DNA of 64,000 nt from Chloroflexota bacterium (lineage in GTDB: Bacteria; Chloroflexota; UBA11872; UBA12225; JAJDUF01): positions 2,973,255-3,037,254 of the forward strand of contig OZ250185.1 in NCBI GenBank assembly GCA_965238265.1, read 5' to 3'. Within the stretch, counting starts at the first letter, position 1, and the number at the start of each line of letters is the position of its first letter. Below are positions 56,808 to 64,000 of this stretch, piece by piece. Both the position numbers and the translations under genes were made by a program. Below the pieces are notes generated by a model, which saw only the letters and a list, made by a program, of their open reading frames with translations, was not told the DNA's origin and did no database searches.

Positions 56808-57497
56808 TCACTCCCGGGCGAGCACGGCTTGGCTGTCCTCCGCACAGTATAGCCGGCGCACGGCTCCGGCGCGGCGCAGGGCGCTATCGCCCGGCGCCAG
56901 CTCGACCTCCAGGCCGTCTATCGTCAAGCACGGCCTACCCTCGATGGCCTGCCAGTGCTCGTTGACCGGCAGCCGCGCCGCAGCGAGGCCCGTCCCGGCA
57001 GCGAAGGTGAGCAGCCGCAGTTCGCTCAACGGGCAGCGCGGACCGCGTTCGGGCACCGGACCGGTGTTGCTCCGGCCCGGTACAACAAAGCCGGGCACCG
57101 TGCGCTCCGGCGGCCCGTCCTCCTCCACCAGGATATGGCCGCCGCGCCGCCGCCCCTCCAGTCGCGTGGCTACCGTTGCCGTGGCAAAGTCGGTGAACAT
57201 CTGGAACCGATGCACCACCCCCATCGGCGTATAGACCAACGTGTTGGCCTCAATCGGAAAGCGCTCGCCGTCCAGCCACCCTTCCCCTCGTCCGGAGAGG
57301 AACAGCCAAAACTCGTCGCCGTCGTGGTAGTGTGGCTCTACCCCCTGCCCGGTCTTCTGGTCCGGCACCCAGTAGAAGGCATTGAACCCTGCCCACGCCG
57401 GAAACAGCGTGGATTCCCAGGCCGGGTGGTTAGAGTTCTGCGAGACAATCAGGCAGCTATCCGTGCTGATAATCACCTTAGCCCCTCTTCCGACCAC
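56808..57497 (-). CDS. Cupin/bicupin domain protein
   Basis: HYHDGDEFWLFLSG and VVHRF cupin motifs. Confidence 0.55.
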   Translation of the reverse strand: MVGRGAKVIISTDSCLIVSQNSNHPAWESTLFPAWAGFNAFYWVPDQKTGQGVEPHYHDGDEFWLFLSGRGEGWLDGERFPIEANTLVYTPMGVVHRFQMFTDFATATVATRLEGRRRGGHILVEEDGPPERTVPGFVVPGRSNTGPVPERGPRCPLSELRLLTFAAGTGLAAARLPVNEHWQAIEGRPCLTIDGLEVELAPGDSALRRAGAVRRLYCAEDSQAVLARE

Positions 57498-57670
57498 GCA
57501 CCGAGTCGCTATAAGGCTGGACTGGCACCGGCGAGACTACTATAATCGCTCCCGGAAGCGTCCGGCTAGTGGTTCGAGGTTAGCCGGTGGTGCCGCGCCT
57601 CCAACGGCCCGTGCGACAGGCGCACTGACGGCTGAAAGCTGATGGCTGAAAGCTGCAATAGGAGGGCACG

Positions 57671-58687
57671 ATGGCTAACCTGAAGGCGGCGCTGATCGGC
57701 TGCGGGGGCGCAGGGCGCGGCCACGCTGCCATCGGCCAGCGCTTGGACATCGAGTTGGTCGGCTTCTGCGACGTCATCCCGGTAGCCGCCGAGCGCGCGA
57801 GAGAGGAGTTTGGTGGTCGCTACGCCACTACCGACGCCGGCCGGATCATGCGCGACGACAGCATTGATCTGCTCTACATCGCCACCCACCACGACGCCCA
57901 CCATCCGCTGGCGCTGGCCGGAGCACAGGCCGGCAAGCACATGGTGCTGGAGAAGCCGATGTGCGTCGAGCGCCGGCAGGCGGTGGAGGTCGCCGAAGCC
58001 GTCGAGCAGGCCGGCGTCAAAGTGGTGATTGACCACTGGTTTCGGAACAGCCCGGCAGCCCAGAAGACGCGTGAGCTAATCCCCCATCCCCGCCTCAGCC
58101 ACGGCCAGCTCGCCACGGACAACTATGCCCACAGACCGCCGGGGGGCAGCGACTGGATTTGGGACAAAGACGATGGTGGCGGCTTGCTCATCAGCACCGC
58201 GGTCCACACCGTTGACCTGCTCTCCTATCTGATGGACAGCGCCGGCGACCGGGTCTATGCCGAGGGACGGCAGTTCGATAGCCGGAACAAGGGCACCGCG
58301 GGCTATCCCGACGGACTGGTAGGCACGATCCTGTGGCAGAGCGGAGCGCTATCCACGCTGATTAGCACCGACCAGGGGGTGAATCCGTTCGTCTCCAAGT
58401 GGTTCCACGAGGTATGGGATGGCGAGCGCAGCGTCGTGCTCTCCGCCCATATGCGCCGCGCCGACTTCAGTGGCTGCGATATTGACCACGTTGATGTCAG
58501 AGCGCTACCCGAGGCGGAGCAGCGCACGGCCATCGGGGCCTACACGATGCACGTCAACCTGCTCGAAGCCATCCGCACCGACGGCGACACGATCTGCAAC
58601 GTCCGCGACGGCGTGCGGGCGGTCTCCATCTGCAATGCTCTGGAGGCGGCGATCCGGACCGGCAAGCCGCAGACCGTCCAAAACTAG
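57671..58687 (+). CDS. Gfo/Idh/MocA-family NAD(P)-dependent oxidoreductase, paralog A
   Basis: Rossmann start LKAALIGCGGAGRGHA and the EKP motif (VLEKPMC). Confidence 0.85.
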   Translation: MANLKAALIGCGGAGRGHAAIGQRLDIELVGFCDVIPVAAERAREEFGGRYATTDAGRIMRDDSIDLLYIATHHDAHHPLALAGAQAGKHMVLEKPMCVERRQAVEVAEAVEQAGVKVVIDHWFRNSPAAQKTRELIPHPRLSHGQLATDNYAHRPPGGSDWIWDKDDGGGLLISTAVHTVDLLSYLMDSAGDRVYAEGRQFDSRNKGTAGYPDGLVGTILWQSGALSTLISTDQGVNPFVSKWFHEVWDGERSVVLSAHMRRADFSGCDIDHVDVRALPEAEQRTAIGAYTMHVNLLEAIRTDGDTICNVRDGVRAVSICNALEAAIRTGKPQTVQN

Positions 58688-58775
58688 CGCTCTGGTACTC
58701 GCCATGACTCCCCTTCCCTGGAGGGAAGGGGCCGGGAGTTAGGTCCGCAGCACAGATAACAGATAGGAGAAGACG

Positions 58776-59789
58776 ATGGCTAACCTGAAAGCAGCACTGA
58801 TCGGCTGTGGGGGTATGGGACGCAGCCATGCCAATGCCGGGCAACAGCTCGGAGTCGAGGTGGTCGCGTTCTGCGACGTGATCGAGGCGGCCGCCGAGCG
58901 CGCGCGGGAGGAGTTTGGTGGTCGCTATGCCACCACCGACGCCGACCGGATCATGCGCGACGACAGCATTGACCTACTCTATATCGCCACCCACCACGAC
59001 GCCCACCATCCGCTGGCGCTGGCCGGGGCACAGGCCGGCAAGCATATGCTGCTGGAGAAGCCCATGTGCATCATGCGCCACCAGGCGGTGGAGGTCGCCG
59101 AAGCGGTCGAGCAGGCCGGCGTCAAAGCGGTGGTGGATCACTGGTTCCGCATCCAGCCGACGACGCAGAAAATCCGCGAGCTGATCCCCCATCCCCGCCT
59201 CAGCCACGGCCAGCTGGCCATGCCCAACTACAATTCGGGAGAGGTGGGCGCCGAGTGGCTGTGGGACAAGGACGACGGCGGTGGTCTGCTGGTCAGCACG
59301 GCCGTCCATACCGTTGATCTGCTCTGCTACCTGATGGACAGCGCCGGCGATCGGGTCTACGCCGAAAGCCGCCTGTTCGAGCCGGAGCTGAAAGGCACCG
59401 CAGGATACCCGGATGTGCTCGTGGGCACCATCGTGTGGCAGAGCGGCGGACTATCCACGCTGATTAGCACCGACCAGGGTCTCAATCCCGCCGTCTCCAA
59501 GTGGTTCCACGAGGTATGGGACGGCGAGCGCAGCGCGGTGCTCTCCAGCCATACGGCGCGCGTAGACTTCGGTGGCGCCGACGTTGATACCATTGATCTC
59601 AACGAGCTGTCGGCGGAAGAGATGGCCAAGGTGCGGGGAGCGTACCCCATCCACGCCAACCTGCTGGAGGCAATCCGTACCGATGGGGACACGATCTGCA
59701 ACGTCCACGACGGTGTGAAGAGCGTGTCCATCTGCAATGCGCTCGACGAGGCGGCCCGTACCGGCAAGCCGCAGGATGTGGCGCACTAA
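58776..59789 (+). CDS. Gfo/Idh/MocA-family oxidoreductase, paralog B (recent tandem duplicate of A, ~85% aa identity)
   Basis: MANLKAALIGCGGMGRSHA... is collinear with A, including identical stretches (RIMRDDSIDLLYIATHHDAHHPLALAGAQAGKHM). Confidence 0.85.
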   Translation: MANLKAALIGCGGMGRSHANAGQQLGVEVVAFCDVIEAAAERAREEFGGRYATTDADRIMRDDSIDLLYIATHHDAHHPLALAGAQAGKHMLLEKPMCIMRHQAVEVAEAVEQAGVKAVVDHWFRIQPTTQKIRELIPHPRLSHGQLAMPNYNSGEVGAEWLWDKDDGGGLLVSTAVHTVDLLCYLMDSAGDRVYAESRLFEPELKGTAGYPDVLVGTIVWQSGGLSTLISTDQGLNPAVSKWFHEVWDGERSAVLSSHTARVDFGGADVDTIDLNELSAEEMAKVRGAYPIHANLLEAIRTDGDTICNVHDGVKSVSICNALDEAARTGKPQDVAH

Positions 59790-59888
59790 CGGACCCACGC
59801 CCAGCGGGAGCAGTCGGCCATCAGCGATCAGCCGGAGGCAGAGCAGTTGAATGCTGATGACTGATGGCTATTCATCCAAGGAGCTACA

Positions 59889-61103
59889 GTGAAGCGCACT
59901 GCCCCGGCCCTGACAGAGGTCCGCCATACCAAGTTGTGCTACAGCAAGCAGCGGTATTGCGGCCATCCGCGCCTGAGCGGCATCTTCAACTACGGCAGTG
60001 GCGAGTTGGCAGTGTTGCACAGCCATGCCCCGAGCAGCTATCGGACGCCCGACGACATCAGCCACTCGTTCACCACCGGCTACCTGGGCCGCGCCCAGGT
60101 CCTGCTCCAGCGTTCGCTCGATCATGGCGAGACCTGGCCGCGTGAGCACGATGTGGTGGTCTGGGACGAGTCCCTCCCGCTGGCCGAGAAGCGAGCTATT
60201 GTCGCCCGCGCCGATGAGCCGGGCGTGGTCCGCGAGCAGATTGATCTCTCTAGCCCGGACGCCGCCGTGTACTTTGCCCGGCCCTGGACGGGACCGGAGG
60301 ACCCCGACGGAAATCCCGCCCAGGAGTGTTTCGTGTTCCGGTCGGCCGACCGCGGTCGCACCTGGGAGACGGTGCCCTCTCGCGTCAGCCATCCGCGTGG
60401 CGGCGGCCTGTGGCGAGACGCTCACCCCTTGGTGCAATTTCCTGACGGCACCCTGATGGGCGTGCTGTCACTCTATAGCACGTTCGAGGACGGGTCCATC
60501 GGTTACTTGACCGGCGAGCCGAGAACCGTGGCGGTCTTTGGCTCGGATGATAGCGGCCTCACTTGGGAATACGTCGCCGAAGTGCCCGATGATCGCACGG
60601 GAGGCAAGGGGCGCGTCTACGTGAGCCTGCTGCTGCTGCCCAACGGCCGGTTGCAGTGCTATATGCTCAACGTCATTGGTATTCGCAACGCCATCGAAAT
60701 GTGCTACTCCGACGACGGGGGCTACAGCTGGACTGAGCCAACGCCCATCGTGGCTTGGGGACAATCGCCTTGGGTGGCCCGCCGCGCCCCCGGCGCCGCC
60801 CGGCGTGGCGTGCATTACCGCGCACCGTGGCCAATGCGCCTCCGCGACGGACGGATTGTCGTCATCTTCGGCCGGCGCAAACCACCGTTCGGGATGGGCT
60901 TGATCGTGAGCGCGGACGACGGCGCCACCTGGTCGGCGGAAGCCGTCATCCGCGACGACGGCAGCGGCGCGGACTTGAGCTATCCGGTCGCCACGGAGCT
61001 GGACGACGGGCGCATCTTCACCGCGTATTACTTCATGCAGGACGACGGCAACGGCTTTGGCGGCACGCGCTACGTCGCCGGCAGCTTCTTCCGGCTGGCA
61101 TAG
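59889..61103 (+). CDS. Intracellular BNR/Asp-box sialidase-fold protein, paralog 2
   Basis: About 70% identical to the 55571..56776 product. Asp-boxes SADRGRTW, SDDSGLTW, SDDGGYSW and ADDGATW. Confidence 0.75.
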   Translation: MKRTAPALTEVRHTKLCYSKQRYCGHPRLSGIFNYGSGELAVLHSHAPSSYRTPDDISHSFTTGYLGRAQVLLQRSLDHGETWPREHDVVVWDESLPLAEKRAIVARADEPGVVREQIDLSSPDAAVYFARPWTGPEDPDGNPAQECFVFRSADRGRTWETVPSRVSHPRGGGLWRDAHPLVQFPDGTLMGVLSLYSTFEDGSIGYLTGEPRTVAVFGSDDSGLTWEYVAEVPDDRTGGKGRVYVSLLLLPNGRLQCYMLNVIGIRNAIEMCYSDDGGYSWTEPTPIVAWGQSPWVARRAPGAARRGVHYRAPWPMRLRDGRIVVIFGRRKPPFGMGLIVSADDGATWSAEAVIRDDGSGADLSYPVATELDDGRIFTAYYFMQDDGNGFGGTRYVAGSFFRLA

Positions 61104-61144
61104 TAGGTGCGGAGACGGTCCCTATCAGCACACAGGAGGAGACG

Positions 61145-62152
61145 ATGGCAGGCATGAAAGCGGCAGTGATCGGGTGTGGCGGCATGGGCAGTGGTCACGC
61201 CATGCGGGCCAAGGACTTGGGGCTGGAGCTGGTGGGCTTCTGCGACGAGATCGAGGCCAGTGCCGTGCGGTTGCGCGACACCATCGGCGGGGGCTACGTT
61301 ACCACCGACAACGGGCGGATCATGCGCGACGACAGCATTGATCTAGTCATCATCGCTACCCACCATGACGCCCACCACCCGCTGGCCATTGCCGCGGCGC
61401 AAGCCGGCAAGCACCTGCTGGTGGAAAAGCCGATGTGCGTCACCTATGCACAGGCCGTGGACCTGGCCGAGGCCGTCGAGCAGGCCGGCGTGAAGCTCGT
61501 CGTCAACTGTAAGTTCCGCATCGCGCCCACCGTGCAGAAGGCACGGGAGTTCATCCCGCACCCGCGGCTCAGTCACGGGCAGCTGGCAATGGACAACTAT
61601 GCGCTGATGGAGCCTGGGACGAGCAGTAGCTGGCTGTGGGACAAGGACGATGGTGGCGGCCTGCTCATCAGCACGGCGGTCCACACCATTGACCTGCTCT
61701 CCTATCTGATGGGCGGCGCCGCCGACCGGATATACGCCGAGGGGCGGGTATTCGACAGCCGCAACAAGGGCAACGCCGGGTATCCCGATGCGCTGGTAGG
61801 CACGATCCAGTGGCAGAGCGGGGGGCTATCCACGGTCATCAGCACCGATCAGGGCCACAACCCGTTCGTCTCCAAGTGGTTCCACCAGATGTGGGACGGC
61901 GAGCGCAGCGCCGTGTTCTCCAAGCACACCAGCCGCGTGGACTTCGGCGGCTGCGACATTGACTACCTGGAGACGCAAGAGCTACCCGAGGCCGAGCGGA
62001 ACAAAGCCTCGATGCTGCTCAACCTCATGGAGGCCATCGAGACCGACGGCGATACCCTCTGCAACGTCCACGACGGCGCACGCACGGTCGCCATCTGCAA
62101 CGCCCTCGACGCGGCCGCCCGCACCGGCAAGACGCAGAGCATAGCGCGCTGA
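61145..62152 (+). CDS. Gfo/Idh/MocA-family oxidoreductase, paralog C (more divergent)
   Basis: MKAAVIGCGGMGSGHA and EKPMC motifs. Confidence 0.8.
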   Translation: MAGMKAAVIGCGGMGSGHAMRAKDLGLELVGFCDEIEASAVRLRDTIGGGYVTTDNGRIMRDDSIDLVIIATHHDAHHPLAIAAAQAGKHLLVEKPMCVTYAQAVDLAEAVEQAGVKLVVNCKFRIAPTVQKAREFIPHPRLSHGQLAMDNYALMEPGTSSSWLWDKDDGGGLLISTAVHTIDLLSYLMGGAADRIYAEGRVFDSRNKGNAGYPDALVGTIQWQSGGLSTVISTDQGHNPFVSKWFHQMWDGERSAVFSKHTSRVDFGGCDIDYLETQELPEAERNKASMLLNLMEAIETDGDTLCNVHDGARTVAICNALDAAARTGKTQSIAR

Positions 62153-62271
62153 ACAATCGTCAGTGGGGGTGTTTTGGCAAACGTGCCTCACCCCCGCCCA
62201 CCCCCTGGCCCCTCTCCACATGGTGGAGAGGGGCCAGGGGGTGAGGCCAGAAACTACGCAGGAGACAGAGC

Positions 62272-63201
62272 ATGACAAGCACCTACACGTTCAAGATGGG
62301 CATGTTCCTCGACGAGTGCGGCTTGCCCCTGGACCAAGCCGCCGAGCTGGCTCAGGAGTTGGGAGCCGGCTACGCCGAGTTCTTTGTATCGGCGGATGAG
62401 CTGACCGCGGAGTACGCGGCCCACTGCCGGCGGGTCCTGGACGCCGCCGGGCTACAGGTACACGCCTGCGGAACCTCGCCCAATCCGCTCAAGCTGATCC
62501 ATCTTGACGAAATCGCGCTGGCGGATATACCCACCCACCCGGAGTTCGTCCACGACATGGAACTGCTCCGCCGCTCAATCCCGTTCGCCAAGACCGTAGG
62601 ATCGCCGCACATGCTGGTGCAGGGCTTTGCCTGGCCCGGCGAGTATCAGAATGGCGCGCGGGTCAGTCCCACCTGGCGCCAGCGTTATGCCACCGGCGGC
62701 GGCGAGATTTCGGCGACAGCGCTCGACAAGCTCGCCAAGGCGTTCGGCCTCGTCGCCGACCTCGCCGAGCGTGAGGACATCAACGTCGCTATCGGCATGA
62801 TGCCGTGGAACTATACGAACACCAGCCGCAACTTTCGGCGGATCATGGAGCGCGTCGGCTCACCACGCCTGCGCTGCAAGTGGGGGCCGGCGGACAACTA
62901 CAACGCCGGCGAGCACGACACGGTCACGACCGGCTACCACACCCTCAAGCCCTACCTCACCAGCCTCCACCTCAAGGACGTACACGTGGTAGACGGCCCC
63001 GGACTTGAGTTCGAGTACCGGCCCATCGGCACCGGCGATCCCGACTACGCCGCCCTGTTCCGCACCTTTGCCCAAGACCACACCGACATCGTGCTCGCCG
63101 TCGCCACCCACTTCATCCCGGCCGACGGCACCCGCGCCGACGCCATGCGGGCCAACTACGCCAACACCCAACGCCTCGCCCAGCAAGCGCTAACCTCCTA
63201 G
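62272..63201 (+). CDS. Xylose-isomerase-like TIM-barrel (sugar phosphate isomerase/epimerase, AP-endonuclease-2 fold) protein
   Basis: The typical metal-ligand E/D/H/E pattern of PF01261 proteins across the barrel (...VHAC..., IGMMPWN, LHLKDV...). Confidence 0.7.
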   Translation: MTSTYTFKMGMFLDECGLPLDQAAELAQELGAGYAEFFVSADELTAEYAAHCRRVLDAAGLQVHACGTSPNPLKLIHLDEIALADIPTHPEFVHDMELLRRSIPFAKTVGSPHMLVQGFAWPGEYQNGARVSPTWRQRYATGGGEISATALDKLAKAFGLVADLAEREDINVAIGMMPWNYTNTSRNFRRIMERVGSPRLRCKWGPADNYNAGEHDTVTTGYHTLKPYLTSLHLKDVHVVDGPGLEFEYRPIGTGDPDYAALFRTFAQDHTDIVLAVATHFIPADGTRADAMRANYANTQRLAQQALTS

Positions 63202-63239
63202 CACGCTCACCGCAGGTTCTCCTGAAAGGCAGGACAACC

Positions 63240-64000
63240 ATGAGTCGCAAGGATGCCCCTTCTTGGGCTGAAAAGCTCTCTACCCGCGTACAGGCGCTTG
63301 CTACCGGATCTAGCCTTGGCACAACCTACTACAAACGTGGCAAGGAACACTTTCGCGAGGGCGATTTAGACAGCGCCATTCAAGCCTTCACGGAAGCGAT
63401 TAGGCATGACCCCAACAATGCCAGAATCTACAGAAGGCGCGGAAATGCATACGGAAACAAGGGCGAGTACGATCAGGCCATCTGTGACCACACGGAAGCT
63501 ATCCGCCTCGATCCCAAAGACTCCAAAGCCTACAGACACCGGGGAAATTCCTACGCACACAAAGGTGACCATGACCAGGCGACCCATGACTACACGGAAG
63601 CAATTCGCCTTAATCCAAACGACGCTGACGCCTACTACAGCCGGGGAGATGTCTATAGGAAGAAAGCCCTCCACAACGCCAAACAGGCGAGGCTGGATTA
63701 TGACCAAGCGATCCGGCTGGACCCGAACGATGCAGACACCTACTACCTCCGGGGAAATGCCCACGTGCGCAGAGGCGAGTTTGATCGCGCTATCCAAGCC
63801 TATACCAGAGCCATTAGGATTGATCCAGATCATGTAGACGCCTACCACAATCGGGGAGTTGTCTACAGGGACAAAGGTGAATACGACCGTGGCATTCGTG
63901 ACCTCACGGAAGCAATACGCCTTGATCCCAACAGCGCCGACGCCTACAACAACCGTGCAAAGGCCTACCTGGACAAACGCGAGCATGACCGAGCCCTACA
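63240..64000 (+). CDS. TPR-repeat protein (runs off the window end); lower-GC gene
   Basis: At least 7 consecutive 34-aa repeats of the form A.xYxxRGxxYxxKGEYDxAIxDxTEAIRLDPN. GC is ~52%. The large antisense ORF 63366..63986 is its shadow. Confidence 0.65.
   Translation, partial: MSRKDAPSWAEKLSTRVQALATGSSLGTTYYKRGKEHFREGDLDSAIQAFTEAIRHDPNNARIYRRRGNAYGNKGEYDQAICDHTEAIRLDPKDSKAYRHRGNSYAHKGDHDQATHDYTEAIRLNPNDADAYYSRGDVYRKKALHNAKQARLDYDQAIRLDPNDADTYYLRGNAHVRRGEFDRAIQAYTRAIRIDPDHVDAYHNRGVVYRDKGEYDRGIRDLTEAIRLDPNSADAYNNRAKAYLDKREHDRAL

Noticed and set aside
55604-56965. 453-aa + strand ORF
   Set aside because: Antisense of BNR paralog 1. No motifs, extreme Arg/Ala/Gly bias.

Overview
This is a high-GC (~65-68%) bacterial chromosomal segment with about 55 protein genes and two tRNAs. 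Codon usage and dense GC-rich palindromic intergenic repeats suggest a Chloroflexota- or Actinomycetota-like organism, but I cannot determine the lineage from the sequence alone. Most genes are transport and metabolic housekeeping: MFS, MgtE, MscS, SLC13/DASS, sugar-acid dehydratases and aldolases, a bifunctional ManC/ManB, thioredoxin, a beta-carbonic anhydrase, an ECF sigma factor, and an ArsA-type ATPase. Several regions have lower GC (~52-58%) and look acquired. The first is an island at 3.1-5.9 kb that ends at the 3' end of tRNA-Pro; it carries a 512-aa glycine-zipper protein of no recognisable family and a small nucleotidyltransferase-like ORF. The second is a 45.0-48.1 kb UvrD/helicase-IV-like gene with topoisomerase-type zinc ribbons. 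Smaller low-GC genes sit at 24.2-24.8 kb, 36.5-36.8 kb, 50.5-51.1 kb and 63.2 kb onward. The most coherent candidate system is at 55.5-63.2 kb: two intracellular BNR/sialidase-like paralogs, three Gfo/Idh/MocA oxidoreductase paralogs (two are a recent tandem duplicate), a cupin and a xylose-isomerase-like TIM barrel. This gene set resembles the oxidative 3-keto-glycoside cleavage route. A solute-binding lipoprotein upstream at 53.7 kb has a collagen-like Gly-X-Y tether. An unusually large number of otherwise intact genes are interrupted: two by in-frame TGA (LamG/propeller and DoxX-like), one possibly by TAG (MscS-like), and three by frameshifts (a PMT/PTPS-related membrane protein via a 5-bp tandem duplication, a secreted protein, and the UvrD-like helicase). 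Four intergenic hairpin-repeat families recur throughout, and a GCTGATGGCTGA leader motif recurs upstream of three start codons. No CRISPR array, integrase, transposase or rRNA was seen.
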